64,000 bases of DNA from an uncultured Alphaproteobacteria bacterium. Lineage in GTDB: Bacteria; Pseudomonadota; Alphaproteobacteria; CAVTAV01. The stretch is taken from the NCBI GenBank assembly GCA_963821875.1, contig CAWGFE010000002.1, positions 3,014,021-3,078,020 on the forward strand. Reading direction: 5' to 3'. Below are positions 49,690 through 60,700 of this stretch, piece by piece. The notes beneath the pieces were generated by a model. The model saw nothing but the letters and a program-made list of their open reading frames with translations. It did not search any database and was not told where the DNA came from. Each line of letters begins with the position of its first letter. Positions within the stretch are counted from its first letter, which is position 1. Both the position numbers and the translations under genes were made by a program.

Positions 49690-50991
49690 ATGGCGACAGC
49701 AGCGCCCGCCGGCAGCAAGATAGAGAGACCAGGCGACAAGGAGGTGGCCTTCAACCGGCCCCTGTTCATTCTGTCCCTTGGCCTCTTCTTCCTTTGGGGC
49801 TTCGCCACCGTTCTGATCGATATTCTGGTACCGAAGCTAAAAGGCCTGTTCGATCTCAGTTTTGCCGAGGTGATGCTGACGCAGTTCGCCTTCTTCCTCG
49901 GTTATCTCGTCTTCTCGTTACCAGCGGGAAATATCGTTGCGCGCATCGGTTACATGCGCGGAATCGTACTCGGCCTCACGATCATGGCTGCCGGTTGCCT
50001 GATGTTCGCGCCAGCGGCACGCATGGGGCTGTTCGCCGGCTTTCTGTTCGCTCTCTTCATCATGGCTGCCGGCATCACGACGCTGCAGGTGGCCGCCAAC
50101 GCTGTTATCGCCATTATCGGTCCGGCCGAAACGGGCTCCGCGCGCCTGACATTGGCCCAAGCCTTCAACAGCTTCGGCACATTCATCGGCCCGCTCATCG
50201 GTGCGAGCCTGATCCTTCAGAACGACGTCAATCTACCGGCGGACATCGCAACCCTGAGCGCCGCCAAGCTAAGCGCATTGCGCATCAGCGAGGCGTCCGT
50301 CGTTCAGGTTCCGTTTCTCGGAATCGCAGCCCTCCTCGTCGTGCTCATTGTCGTCTTCTGGGTAAAGCGCGATCTTCTGCCACACGCGGCACCGGATGCG
50401 GCGTCCCATGGCGGCATCGGTTTTGCTCTGCTTCGCCGGCCTCGCATTCTATTCGGGGTCATCTCGATCTTCGCCTATGTCGGGGCAGAAGTCTCGATCG
50501 GATCGATGATGGCCAATTATCTCATGCAACCCGACGTGCTGTCGCTCACGGCCCTTCGTGCGGGACAACTCGTCAGCATCTATTGGGGCGGGGCCATGGT
50601 CGGACAATTCATCGGCGCCGCAGTCCTGCATCGAATCCGCCCCGGCCGTGTACTCTCGGTCTGCGCAAGCGGCGCGATCATCCTGGCGGCGCTCTCGAGC
50701 TTCTCTCATGGTTACATGGCGGGCGGGACGATCCTTGCCGTCGGCCTCATGAATTCGATCATGTTCCCTACCATCTTTGCCCTGTCGCTCGAAGGGACCG
50801 GAGAAGACGCTCCAAGGGCATCCGCCTTACTCTGCATGGGCATCGTCGGTGGCGCCATTCTGCCCGTCGTCACAGGCTCGGTCGCGGATCACCTGTCGCT
50901 CGCCACCGCCCTGATCGTCCCGATCATCGCCTATGGCTGGATCATCTTTTTTGGACAATTCACCGTGCGCGCCTCGCGGCTGCGCCCGTGA
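49690..50991 (+). CDS. MFS sugar transporter (glucose/galactose/fucose permease GluP/FucP family)
   Basis: 433 aa, 12 TM helices, with an N-terminus typical of FucP/GluP-type symporters. Confidence 0.85.
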   Translation: MATAAPAGSKIERPGDKEVAFNRPLFILSLGLFFLWGFATVLIDILVPKLKGLFDLSFAEVMLTQFAFFLGYLVFSLPAGNIVARIGYMRGIVLGLTIMAAGCLMFAPAARMGLFAGFLFALFIMAAGITTLQVAANAVIAIIGPAETGSARLTLAQAFNSFGTFIGPLIGASLILQNDVNLPADIATLSAAKLSALRISEASVVQVPFLGIAALLVVLIVVFWVKRDLLPHAAPDAASHGGIGFALLRRPRILFGVISIFAYVGAEVSIGSMMANYLMQPDVLSLTALRAGQLVSIYWGGAMVGQFIGAAVLHRIRPGRVLSVCASGAIILAALSSFSHGYMAGGTILAVGLMNSIMFPTIFALSLEGTGEDAPRASALLCMGIVGGAILPVVTGSVADHLSLATALIVPIIAYGWIIFFGQFTVRASRLRP

Positions 50992-51009
50992 CTCTACGGA
51001 CAAGAGGAT

Positions 51010-53094
51010 ATGCGGCGTATGCCATCTTTCTCCCGTTCTTCGTGCGTCGCGTTATTCGTTGCGCTTTCTTCGGCCGGGGTCCTGGCGTCTTCGGCCGCAC
51101 CAGCGCTTTCGAAGACCACGAAGCAACCGAATCTGGGCACCAGAACGAAATCCACAATCGACGTGGACGGGTTACGTTTTCGAGACCTGAACGGCGACGG
51201 CAAACTGGAGCCATACGAGGACTGGCGCCTCTCGCCGGAGGCACGCGCCAAGGATCTGACGGCCCGCATGACCCTCGCCGAAAAGATCGGCACGATGATG
51301 CATTCGACATTGCCGGGACCGCTTGGGGCCCTAGGCCGTTCCGCCAAAGGCTATGATCTAACCCGAACACGGAAGCTGATCGACGGCAAGCATGTAACAA
51401 GCTTCATCACACGCCTGACGCTACCGCCCGCCCAAATGTCGGAGCAAAGCAATGCCGTGCAGGCGCTGGCCGAAAAGACGCGTCTCGGTATCCCGGTCAC
51501 AATCAGCACCGATCCGCGCAGCCACTTTCAATATGTGCTGGGCGCGAACGAGACCGGCGGAGAATTCCCGCAATGGCCCGAAACCCTTGGATTTGCAGCC
51601 CTGAGAGATCCAGCCGTCGTTCGCCGCTTCGCCGATATCGCGCGGCAGGAATATCGCGCAGTCGGCATTCAGGAGGCTCTCTCGTCCCAGGCGGATTTGG
51701 CGACTGAGCCCCGATGGCCGCGGCAAACCGGTACCTTCGGAAGCGACGCAGCGCTCACCAGCCGCATGGTCGGCGCCTATGTCGCCGGTTTTCAGGGTGG
51801 CGATCACGGCCTGCAACGCGACGGCGTCATGACGGTCGTCAAACACTGGGTCGGCTATGGGGCCTCCGTGAAGGGCCTTGACGGCCATAACTATTACGGC
51901 CAATTCGCCCAATTCGGCGGTGGTAAGCTGCAGCGTCATATCGACGCCTTCAAGGGCGCATTCGACGCCAGGACGAGCGGTGTCATGCCGACCTACGCGA
52001 TCCTCCGCGACGCCGAAGTCAATGGATGTCCGCTGGAGCAGGTTGGAGCAGGCTTCAATAAGCAACTCCTGGCTGGGCTCTTGCGGCATACCTATGGCTT
52101 TAAGGGAATCGTCCTGTCGGACTGGGCGATTACCCGCAACTGCGACCAGGCCTGCCGTCATCCGACCGCCGATCAGCCCCAGAAGCCCAAGGATATCGCT
52201 ATGCCTTGGGGCGTGGAATCGCTGACACCCCAGCAGCGCTACATCAAGGGGGTGCGGGCCGGTGTGGATCAGTTTGGTGGAACCGATGACGTTCAGCCTT
52301 TGATCGACGCCGTTAAGAGCGGAGCGTTGAGCGAGGATCGGATCGACCAGTCCGTTCGTCGCGTCTTGATCCCAAAATTCGAAATGGGGCTGTTTGAAGA
52401 TCCCTATGTCGATCCATCCCGCGCTCAAGATATCGTGGGGGCACCCAAATTCGTCGCCGAAGCCGCCCCGACACAGCGCGTGGCGCAGGTGCTTCTGCAA
52501 AACAGCAACAACCTTCTGCCGCTCGTCCGCGCGCTCAAGAAGGTCTATCTATTCGGCATGAATTCAAAGGCGGCTGAAGCGGCGGGCCTAACCATCGTCG
52601 ACGACCCCGCCAAAGCCGATTTCGCCATCATCCGCGCGGAGGCTCCGTCGGAAATGCTTCACCCCGACTATTTCTTCGGCAGCCGACAGAAGGAAGGGAG
52701 GCTCGATTTTCATAAATGTGATCCGGCCTATGACGCGTTAAAGGCGGCGAGCGCGCATGTTCCAACCGTCATGGCCATCTTTCTCGATCGGCCGGCCATC
52801 CTCACCAATATTCGCAACAAAGCGACGGCGATCCTTGCCAATTTCGGAGCGAGCGACGCCGCCGTGCTCGACGTCATTCTCGGCGAGGCGAAGGCACGAG
52901 GGAAACCGCAAACTCTGAAATCATTTTGGTCCCCCTTTGCACGTCGACCGTGGCACCCGTTTTCTGCAGAAGCGCAATGTAAATTGACAGCGCTGTCAAT
53001 TGCCGGTGGTCAGATTAGCGTTTTGGGGGACAAGTGGATTCGCGCACAACCAGCGCGTAATCGAGAGGGATGCCGGCCGACAACTTGCCTGTAA
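51010..53094 (+). CDS. secreted glycoside hydrolase family 3 beta-glucosidase (BglX-like); 3' end uncertain
   Basis: Signal peptide and GH3 blocks (VVKHWVGYG, GIVLSDW). The last ~50 codons look non-coding, run through the operator palindrome and overlap convergent lacI by 80 bp. Confidence 0.75.
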   Translation: MRRMPSFSRSSCVALFVALSSAGVLASSAAPALSKTTKQPNLGTRTKSTIDVDGLRFRDLNGDGKLEPYEDWRLSPEARAKDLTARMTLAEKIGTMMHSTLPGPLGALGRSAKGYDLTRTRKLIDGKHVTSFITRLTLPPAQMSEQSNAVQALAEKTRLGIPVTISTDPRSHFQYVLGANETGGEFPQWPETLGFAALRDPAVVRRFADIARQEYRAVGIQEALSSQADLATEPRWPRQTGTFGSDAALTSRMVGAYVAGFQGGDHGLQRDGVMTVVKHWVGYGASVKGLDGHNYYGQFAQFGGGKLQRHIDAFKGAFDARTSGVMPTYAILRDAEVNGCPLEQVGAGFNKQLLAGLLRHTYGFKGIVLSDWAITRNCDQACRHPTADQPQKPKDIAMPWGVESLTPQQRYIKGVRAGVDQFGGTDDVQPLIDAVKSGALSEDRIDQSVRRVLIPKFEMGLFEDPYVDPSRAQDIVGAPKFVAEAAPTQRVAQVLLQNSNNLLPLVRALKKVYLFGMNSKAAEAAGLTIVDDPAKADFAIIRAEAPSEMLHPDYFFGSRQKEGRLDFHKCDPAYDALKAASAHVPTVMAIFLDRPAILTNIRNKATAILANFGASDAAVLDVILGEAKARGKPQTLKSFWSPFARRPWHPFSAEAQCKLTALSIAGGQISVLGDKWIRAQPARNREGCRPTTCL
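52982..53001. promoter_or_regulatory. 20-bp perfect palindrome AATTGACAGCGCTGTCAATT (site 2)
   Basis: Read in the sequence. Located between/overlapping the GH3 3' end and the lacI 3' end. Confidence 0.6.
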
Positions 53095-54007
53095 TACCGG
53101 CTTCCGCGGCAGCCACTCCGAAATTGGTTAGCGGTTGCTGGATCGTGGTCAATGAGGGCCAGCAGGTCCTGGTTGCAGGTATATCGTCGAAGCCTGAGAT
53201 GGAAAGGTCATCGGGCAGCTTGAGACCAAGTTCATGCGCCACCGCCATGACGCCGAGCGCCATGTCGTCATTTGCAGCGAATATTGCCGTCGGCGGTTGT
53301 TCGAGTTGGAGCAGTTGACGCCCCGCCTCCCGACCCGACGTGAAGGAGAAATATCCCTGAACGACATATTGCGGATCCACATTGAGTCCCGCGTCCGTCA
53401 TCGCCTGTGTATATCCGTCGTAGCGTGATGCCGCAGAGAGGTGATCAGGATGCGGCCGGATCATGCCAATGTGCCGATGGCCAATATCGATAAGATGCCT
53501 CGTCATCTCATAGGCAGGGCTTCGCTCATCCATCGCGATATTGATGCCGGGCCCTGCTTCTGCGCCTGCTATGCGAATGATCGGCGTATTCAAGCCACCG
53601 ACAACCGTCAGAAACTCGACATTATCGGACAGTGGTGGTGTCACGAAGACAGCATCGGGCGCCAAGGTATGAACAAGCCGGCGCATGACATCTCCGATCA
53701 GACCGTCGTCGAGAGAAATGGGTTCGACAACAAGATGGTATCCGCCTTCCCGGCACCGAATGGCGGCCCCCGACTGGATACCCGTGATATAGGCCGGGCT
53801 TGGATTGTTGTAGGGAAACGCGATCAGATAAGATCGGCTACCGGCCATTCGGCGCGCAGCCTGGTTTGGACGGTAGTCCAGCTCCTTTACGGCCGCCAGG
53901 ACGCGCTCACGCAAATTGTCACGTACATGTGGCTCGTTGTTCAGGACACGCGATACGGTCTTCATGGACACGCGAGCGCGCATCGCAACATCATAGATCG
54001 TTGCCAA
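53015..54007 (-). CDS. LacI-family transcriptional regulator
   Basis: N-terminal HTH (ATIYDVAMRARVSMKTVSRVLNN) and a periplasmic-binding-protein-like effector domain. 330 aa. Confidence 0.85.
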   Translation of the reverse strand: MATIYDVAMRARVSMKTVSRVLNNEPHVRDNLRERVLAAVKELDYRPNQAARRMAGSRSYLIAFPYNNPSPAYITGIQSGAAIRCREGGYHLVVEPISLDDGLIGDVMRRLVHTLAPDAVFVTPPLSDNVEFLTVVGGLNTPIIRIAGAEAGPGINIAMDERSPAYEMTRHLIDIGHRHIGMIRPHPDHLSAASRYDGYTQAMTDAGLNVDPQYVVQGYFSFTSGREAGRQLLQLEQPPTAIFAANDDMALGVMAVAHELGLKLPDDLSISGFDDIPATRTCWPSLTTIQQPLTNFGVAAAEAGITGKLSAGIPLDYALVVRESTCPPKR

Positions 54008-54229
54008 AGGTCGACAGTCCTTCTTTTCCTGCTATGCCGCCGCCGCGACGGACCAGACCGCATTAATTTGTTGCAACATAAGCCTCCCCTCGTGAGACGA
54101 CCAACCATGCCCGTAGTCGGCGCGATACACCAAATAATTTCTGCGGACCGGGATCGAAACGATCACATCACGATGTGCGGAGCGCACGGACGGCGTGTAA
54201 GCGCAAGAGTGATCCTATCTCGTCGCTTA

Positions 54230-54856
54230 CTACTTTTGCATGCTCATCGCTCTTCGGGCATTGCCCTCAATCTTTTCCCAAACTCCGCCATCGATCATCG
54301 CCCTCGGCGCAACCCACGACCCACCCACACAGGCGACATTCGGAAGGGCGAGATAGTCCGGCGCGCGATCGGGCCCGATACCGCCCGTGGGGCAAAACAC
54401 GCAATCGGGCAGCGGGCCATGGAGAGATTTAAGATATTTGATCCCGCCGGCCTGTTCGGCAGGGAAAAATTTCATGGCCGCAAACCCTGCTTCGAAAACG
54501 GTCATCGCCTCACTTGCCGTAGCAGTACCGGGCAAGGCCGCTATGCCCGCTTCTTTCAAAGCAGCGAGCAATTGAGGTGGTGAGCCGGGTGTCACGAGAA
54601 AAGCGGCGCCCGCTCCCATCGACTTCTCGATGTCGGCCCGCGTGCGAACTGTTCCCATGCCGATGATAAGATCGGACGCTGCATCCTGCATCGCCTTCAC
54701 GGCGTCGAGCGCGCAGTCGGTCCGAAGTGTCAATTCGACGACACTCAACCCGCCGGCGGCGAGCGCCCGGGCCAAGGGCGCCGCGCATCCCAGACGAGCC
54801 ACCTCCAGCACCGGAATGACAGACGCTTTTTCCAGAATTGCATCAATATTCATCAA
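54230..54856 (-). CDS. eda: KDPG/KHG aldolase
   Basis: Eda family blocks (VIPVLEV, GAAFLVTPG, KFFPA). 208 aa. Confidence 0.85.
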   Translation of the reverse strand: MMNIDAILEKASVIPVLEVARLGCAAPLARALAAGGLSVVELTLRTDCALDAVKAMQDAASDLIIGMGTVRTRADIEKSMGAGAAFLVTPGSPPQLLAALKEAGIAALPGTATASEAMTVFEAGFAAMKFFPAEQAGGIKYLKSLHGPLPDCVFCPTGGIGPDRAPDYLALPNVACVGGSWVAPRAMIDGGVWEKIEGNARRAMSMQK

Positions 54857-55815
54857 CCCAAACGCTCCATCGCGGCCGCCGCGCCATAGAGAGCCACACT
54901 TTCATCCACGATGAGGCGAACTGGGACCGCGGCCATATAATCCTTCATGCGTCCCTTATCAAGGAATCGGTCAATAAACGGACCTTCTAGAAGCATCTCT
55001 CTGATTTTCGGCAGAATGCCGCCGCCGAGGACGACGCCACCCCGTGCGCCCGTAGCAAGCACCGCATCCCCAGCGACGCGCCCCAAGACTGCACTGAACA
55101 TATTCACGGTCCTCAACGCAATGCGATCCGTTCCATCCATTGCGGCGGCCGTAATCTCTTCAGCCTGAAGCGTCAACGGCGGCGCTCCCTCGATCTGACA
55201 AAAGGCGCGGTGGATATTTACGAGGCCAGGCCCGGATAGAAAACGCTCGGCGGACACGCGGGGATGTGCTCTGGCAATGAAACTCATGACCTCGGTCTCT
55301 TCTGTCGTTTGCGGCGCAAATGCGACATGCCCACCTTCCGTCGCAACGACCCTGTTCCCCGTTTGAGTTGGTACGATCAAGGCCTGACCGAGACCAGTGC
55401 CGGGCCCGATGATAAGTTGCACCGCCAGAGCATCCCGCCGCGCTCGTTTTACGGTGACGAAAGCGTCGTCATGGAGATAGGCCACGCCGCTCGCTGCCGC
55501 ATAGAAGTCGTTGACGAGCATCAGTTCCTCGAGGGCCAACGCCTTCTGAAACTCGTCGCCGCGAAGTGACCAGTGGGAATTTGTCAAGGTAACCTGCGCC
55601 TGACCGTTATGCACCGGCCCGGCGAGCGCCATGCAGGCGCGTTTGGGGTGCGCCTGCACGGATTCTAAATAGGCGTGGGCCGCGTCGCGTACGGTCTCGA
55701 AGTCCTCCGTTTGAAGTCTCCGCGCGTCATGAAGCGTGATCCCGCTGCTCACCGCTTCAGCGATCGCAAACCGGACATTAGTGCCGCCGATATCGGCAAC
55801 AAGTATCAGATCAAT
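54853..55815 (-). CDS. glk: glucokinase
   Basis: [16 protein letters not shown]-binding N-terminus. The likely TTG start overlaps the edd stop (TTGATTGA). The track ATG at 55971 would overlap edd by 160 nt. Confidence 0.75.
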   Translation of the reverse strand: MDLILVADIGGTNVRFAIAEAVSSGITLHDARRLQTEDFETVRDAAHAYLESVQAHPKRACMALAGPVHNGQAQVTLTNSHWSLRGDEFQKALALEELMLVNDFYAAASGVAYLHDDAFVTVKRARRDALAVQLIIGPGTGLGQALIVPTQTGNRVVATEGGHVAFAPQTTEETEVMSFIARAHPRVSAERFLSGPGLVNIHRAFCQIEGAPPLTLQAEEITAAAMDGTDRIALRTVNMFSAVLGRVAGDAVLATGARGGVVLGGGILPKIREMLLEGPFIDRFLDKGRMKDYMAAVPVRLIVDESVALYGAAAAMERLG

Positions 55816-57646
55816 CAAGGTGTTCTTCCAACTTAAACGTCGTCGCACCACTCTCGGCGCCCGAAACAAGGTCTCTGAATCCGGCGAAAAGCTCTCTGCC
55901 GCTTCCCCAGCGATCCTCAGCCAGATCTCGGGCGGTCGTCTCGCGGAGCGCCAACTCGTCAGCCTCGACACGGACCTCCAGAATTCCTCGTTTGGCGTCG
56001 AGGCGGATCAAGTCACCGTCACGGATCTTGCCGATGGCGCCTCCGTTAGTGGCTTCCGGCGAGACGTGAATGGCCGCCGGCACCTTGCCGCTGGCGCCGG
56101 ACATGCGCCCATCGGTAACGAGCGCGACCTTGAATCCCCGGTCCTGGAGCACACCGAGATACGGTGTCAGCTTATGAAGTTCGGGCATTCCGTTGGCCTT
56201 CGCGCCCTGATACGGCACTACGGCGATGAAATCCCGGTCGAGTTCGCCCGCCTTGAACCGGTCGAGGAGATCCTGCTGGCCGTCAAATATGACGGCGGGC
56301 GCTTCGACGATGCGCTTCTCGGGCTTCACGGCGGAGACCTTTATCACTGCGCGGCCGATATTGCCCGTGAGCAGCACGAGCCCGCCGGTCGGAGAGACCG
56401 GGTCATCCGTCGCGCGTAATATTTTCTCGTCTCTTGGGCGATCGGGCGGCGCACGCCACGCAAGCCGACCGTCGGCCAGATACGGCTCAACCGCATAATG
56501 GCCGAGGCCTGGCCCCATGACGGTCATGACATCTCCGTGCAGCAGGCCGGCATCGAGCAATTCGCGGATAACAAATCCGAGGCCGCCGGCGTCCCGGAAG
56601 CGGTTCACATCGGCCGACCCGTTGGGATAGATGCGCGCCAGCAACGGCGTTACCTTCGAGAGCGCGTCGAAGTCGTCCCAGTCGATGATAACGCCGACGG
56701 CCCGCGCCATCGCGACAAGATGGATGGTGTGGTTGGTCGACCCGCCCGTCGCGAGAAGGCCAATGACGGCATTCGCGATAGTTCTTTCATCAATCACGTC
56801 GCAGAACGGAATGTAATCGTCGCCAAGAGCCGTCGTGGCGGCGACGCGCCGTGTTGTTTCCCGGACAAAGGCATCTCGCAACGGCGTGTTCGGATTGACG
56901 AAGGCCGAACCGGGAAGATGCAGTCCCATAACCTCCATCATCATCTGGTTGGAATTCGCGGTGCCGTAGAAGGTGCAGGTCCCCGGGGAATGGTAGCTGC
57001 GGCTTTCGGCGGCAAGAAGCGCGTCCCGCCCGATCTTGCCTTCGGCGTATAGTTGGCGAATACGCGCCTTCTCTTCGTTGGGAAGGCCGGACGCCATCGG
57101 CCCGGCCGGCAGAAACATGATCGGCAGGTGGCCGAATCGCGCCGCGCCGATAAAAAGGCCGGGCACGATCTTGTCGCACACCCCAAGCATGAGGGCGGCA
57201 TCAAACACGTTGTGCGAAAGCGAGACGGCGGTCGCCAAAGCAATGACGTCACGAGAAAAGAGCGACAGGTCCATGCCGGCGCGGCCCTGGGTAACACCAT
57301 CGCACATGGCTGGAACACCGCCGGCAATTTGTGCTGTCGCGCCGATCTCCGAGAGCGTTTCCTTAATGATGTCCGGATAGGCGCCCAGCGGTTGATGTGC
57401 CGAGAGCATGTCGTTGTAGGCCGTGACGATTCCGACATTCGGACCGTCGCCTTGCGAAAGTGACTTCTTGTCATGCGCAGGACAGGCCGCTACGGCATGA
57501 GCGAGATTGCCGCAAGAGACATGCGAGCGATTCGGACCGTCCGACGCGGCAGAACGCATTTGTCTAACATACGCCTCGCGCGTCGCCCGGCTGCGTTTCC
57601 GCATCCGGTCCGTGACGCGATCCAGTGCTTCATTCAGTTTGACCAC
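55811..57646 (-). CDS. edd: phosphogluconate dehydratase
   Basis: IlvD/EDD family blocks ([21 protein letters not shown]). 611 aa. Confidence 0.9.
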   Translation of the reverse strand: MVKLNEALDRVTDRMRKRSRATREAYVRQMRSAASDGPNRSHVSCGNLAHAVAACPAHDKKSLSQGDGPNVGIVTAYNDMLSAHQPLGAYPDIIKETLSEIGATAQIAGGVPAMCDGVTQGRAGMDLSLFSRDVIALATAVSLSHNVFDAALMLGVCDKIVPGLFIGAARFGHLPIMFLPAGPMASGLPNEEKARIRQLYAEGKIGRDALLAAESRSYHSPGTCTFYGTANSNQMMMEVMGLHLPGSAFVNPNTPLRDAFVRETTRRVAATTALGDDYIPFCDVIDERTIANAVIGLLATGGSTNHTIHLVAMARAVGVIIDWDDFDALSKVTPLLARIYPNGSADVNRFRDAGGLGFVIRELLDAGLLHGDVMTVMGPGLGHYAVEPYLADGRLAWRAPPDRPRDEKILRATDDPVSPTGGLVLLTGNIGRAVIKVSAVKPEKRIVEAPAVIFDGQQDLLDRFKAGELDRDFIAVVPYQGAKANGMPELHKLTPYLGVLQDRGFKVALVTDGRMSGASGKVPAAIHVSPEATNGGAIGKIRDGDLIRLDAKRGILEVRVEADELALRETTARDLAEDRWGSGRELFAGFRDLVSGAESGATTFKLEEHLD

Positions 57647-57656
57647 AACACCCTCC

Positions 57657-58382
57657 CTACGGCGCCCAACAGACCCAGAGGTCCGGTCGCGCCGTCAGGA
57701 TGGCGCGCACCGGCATGTCGTTAACGGCGCCGTCATCCAAAGCCTTTTCGAATATGGCGCGCTTTTCGTTGCCCGAGATCATGACCGCTATCTCTTTCGC
57801 CCCTCTGATCGCGCCCAAGGTAAACGTCATCCTGTCGAGATATTCGCCCGTGACATCGCTTGGTTTCGCGGTGATTGCGGCCAGGCGCGAACCGCTTTCC
57901 GCCAGAGCCCCCTTAAGCCCGGCGCAATCTGGAAACCATGACGCCGTATGGCCGTCCACCCCCATGCCGAGAACAACAACGTCCAACGGGAAACGAACGG
58001 CATCGAGGCGACGCTCGCCTTCTTCAAGCCCTGCGGCCGGTGATGCGGCGCCGGTCCACAGACCAATAAACACGGCATCCGCAGCACGGTTTTGAATCAG
58101 GGTGGATCTGACCAGCGTCTCGTTCGAACCGACGGTCCCGGGCGGAACCCAGCGCTCGTCGACTGGAACGACGCGCACATTCGACCAATCCAGCGACCGC
58201 GTCGAAAGTTCCCTGTACAGATCGGTGGGCGTCGACCCGCCCGAAGCCGCAAGGCTGGCCGTCCCATGCTCGGCGAGGGATCGAGCCAATTGCGCCTCAA
58301 TGACGTCGGCCAATCGCCCGGCCATTGCCGTACGGGACGCAAAGGAAATCATGTTCGGTTCAGATGCCATTGAACCACTCAT
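57657..58382 (-). CDS. pgl: 6-phosphogluconolactonase
   Basis: Pgl family ([23 protein letters not shown]). The start may be at 58352. Confidence 0.8.
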   Translation of the reverse strand: MSGSMASEPNMISFASRTAMAGRLADVIEAQLARSLAEHGTASLAASGGSTPTDLYRELSTRSLDWSNVRVVPVDERWVPPGTVGSNETLVRSTLIQNRAADAVFIGLWTGAASPAAGLEEGERRLDAVRFPLDVVVLGMGVDGHTASWFPDCAGLKGALAESGSRLAAITAKPSDVTGEYLDRMTFTLGAIRGAKEIAVMISGNEKRAIFEKALDDGAVNDMPVRAILTARPDLWVCWAP

Positions 58383-59847
58383 GCCCCTCTCGATCCAGCA
58401 TCATGGCAGACTGAACCGGCCCGTCCGTTCCCGCCGCATATTGATGGACTGGCGTGTTGTCCCGGTGCCAGGAATCCAGAATTCCATCGACCCATTTCCA
58501 GGCGGCCTCGACCTCGTCACGGCGCATGAACAACGCAAGATCGCCTCTGACCACCGCTATCAGCAGCCGCTCATACGCATCTGGATAGCGGGCCTCGAAG
58601 GTTTCAGCATAGGACAAATTGAGCGGTACATACCGAAGCCTCATACCGCCCGGTCCGGGATCCTTGGTCACCAGCAGCAATTGCACGCCCTCATCGGGCT
58701 GCAGCCGGATCACCATACGTGTCGGCGGCAAGTCCTCGCCTTCGTTCTGTACCAGCGCGTGAGCGATATCCTTGAACTGGATGATAATTTCCGAATAACG
58801 TCCCGACATTCGCTTGCCGGTCCTCAAGTAAAACGGCACACCTTTCCAGCGCCAGTTATCAATATTGGCCCTGACCGCGACGAAGGTTTCCGCCTTGCTC
58901 TGCTGGCCGAGTTCTTCCACATAGCTCGGCGCGACTTGGCCATCGACCGCGCCTTTGCCGTATTGGCCGCGAACGGTCGTTTGCCGGACATTGTCTCGCG
59001 TGATCGGGCGCAGGGCCCGCAGGACCTTGATCTTCTCGTCGCGGACCGTGTCCGGATTGAGATCGAAGGGAGGCTCCATGGCGACCAGGCAAAGCAGCTG
59101 CAAGAGATGATTCTGCACCATGTCGCGCAAGGCGCCGGCCCCGTCATAATAGCCCGCACGGCTGCCGGCCCCGATCAATTCCGCCACCGTAATCTCGACA
59201 TGATCGATAGCGTTCGCGTTCCATACCGGCTCGAAGATTGAATTCATGAATTTGAGGACTATCAGGTTCTGGACGGTCTCCTTGCCGAGATAGTGATCGA
59301 TCCGGAAGATCGCATCTTCCTCGAAGACCCCTCCCACCCCCGCGTTGATCGCCTGTGCGCTGGCCAGATCCGAGCCGATCGGCTTTTCGAGGACGACCCG
59401 GGCGTCGTCACTCAATCCTGCCGCCGATAAGTTCCGACAGACATCGCCGTAAAAGTCCGGCGTCAAAGCGAAATAGAAGATCCGTTGTTTGCGCTCCCCG
59501 TTTCCCAGCTTGTCTTGAAGTCCGGTCCAAGAGGATCCAGAACTGACCGCGTCGAGGGATTCATAGCTCAGATGACGGACGAAAGCTGTCCACTCGTCAT
59601 CGTCGATCGTCTCCGCAGGGTAGAATTTCCGAAAGCTTTCGAGCGCAAGTTCCCGAAAACGCTCGTCATCCATGTCCGTTCGCGAAACACCGATGATCCG
59701 CGAATTCTCGGGGATCTGTCCGTCACGCCAGCGATGGAAAAGCGACGGGATCAATTTACGCAATGAAAGATCGCCGGCCGCGCCGAACACGACTAAGTCG
59801 AAAGGGGTAACCGGTATGAATTGAGGCGCTGGAACAGCATCCATCAT
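58360..59847 (-). CDS. zwf: glucose-6-phosphate dehydrogenase
   Basis: NADP motif FGAAGDLSLRKL and a RIDHYLGKE active site. The start is chosen at MMDAVPAP; the track ORF extends to 59994. Confidence 0.9.
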   Translation of the reverse strand: MMDAVPAPQFIPVTPFDLVVFGAAGDLSLRKLIPSLFHRWRDGQIPENSRIIGVSRTDMDDERFRELALESFRKFYPAETIDDDEWTAFVRHLSYESLDAVSSGSSWTGLQDKLGNGERKQRIFYFALTPDFYGDVCRNLSAAGLSDDARVVLEKPIGSDLASAQAINAGVGGVFEEDAIFRIDHYLGKETVQNLIVLKFMNSIFEPVWNANAIDHVEITVAELIGAGSRAGYYDGAGALRDMVQNHLLQLLCLVAMEPPFDLNPDTVRDEKIKVLRALRPITRDNVRQTTVRGQYGKGAVDGQVAPSYVEELGQQSKAETFVAVRANIDNWRWKGVPFYLRTGKRMSGRYSEIIIQFKDIAHALVQNEGEDLPPTRMVIRLQPDEGVQLLLVTKDPGPGGMRLRYVPLNLSYAETFEARYPDAYERLLIAVVRGDLALFMRRDEVEAAWKWVDGILDSWHRDNTPVHQYAAGTDGPVQSAMMLDREGHEWFNGI

Positions 59848-60148
59848 AACTCGTTCGCCTTCTCTCTTTTGATGTTGTGCCGCCACCCGAACCAATCGCC
59901 TTGACGAACTTAAGTGTCTATCCGCCGGATGAAACCGGCTCTCGCTACACAGCTCCGAAAAATCAAACCAAGAGCGTCTCGCCACCGTTCTCACATTACC
60001 GTATTTCCCCTCTGCTTATCCGCGATCGACTCACATACCGACGGATAAAGCTACGTTCGATCATGATCTCCGAACAAAACTCTGCCCGGCGGAACCTGAC
60101 CTTCCGCCATCTTAGAGAGCCCGGAGAATACTTCTTAATGCTCTAAAA

Positions 60149-60164
60149 AGACAGCGCTGTCAAA
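60149..60164. promoter_or_regulatory. LacI-type operator AGACAGCGCTGTCAAA (site 3) upstream of the zwf operon
   Basis: Read in the sequence, ~300 bp upstream of the zwf start. The core GACAGCGCTGTC is shared with sites 1 and 2. Confidence 0.55.
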
Positions 60165-60253
60165 TAACAGGAAGCGACGTGTCCCCCGTCAGCACCTATG
60201 GCCAAGATTGGGTAGTAGATTAGTGGAGCATCGGTCTCGTCTGGGGGTTGATG

Positions 60254-60700
60254 TTAGGCGGCGAGCTTGCGGTGCTGCAAGCGCCGATGTTCGATGGTCT
60301 GTCGCTTGATCCTTTCGCGTTGTTTGATGATGGTCTCGGCCCTGCCGAAGTAGGCGTCGGCGGGCGTCACATTGCCCAGGCTCTCATGGTAGCGCTGGTG
60401 GTTGTAGTGTTCGACGAACGCTTCGATCTGGACCTCGAGGTCGCCGGGCAGGAAGTAGTTCTCCAGCAGGATGCGGTTCTTGAGGGTCTGGTGCCAGCGC
60501 TCGATCTTGCCCTGCGTCTGGGGATGGAACGGAGCACCGCGCACATGGCTCTTATCGCATGGTCTGAATCTTGCTTTCCAGTTGAGTCGAAGCGTGCGAT
60601 CGGATGGGCCGCCTTTCAAGCCAACCGAGCAGCAAGCGGCTCGGCGACCACCTTTCGGATTTTGGGCCGGGTCCTGCGCCGCGGCTTTCGTGGATATCAG
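60254..60700 (-). mobile_element. IS481-like (rve/DDE) transposase C-terminal remnant
   Basis: HPQTQGKIERWHQTLKNR...YNHQRYHESLGNVTPADAYFGR integrase-core C-terminus. There is no N-terminal HTH or catalytic DD region; it abuts the carboxylesterase 3' end. Confidence 0.6.

Noticed and set aside
49662-51356. 564-aa plus-strand ORF in an alternative frame
   Set aside because: Overlaps the MFS transporter and GH3 genes in another frame. Arg/Gly/His-rich with no domain.
53441-54583. 380-aa plus-strand ORF
   Set aside because: Antisense to the lacI and eda genes.
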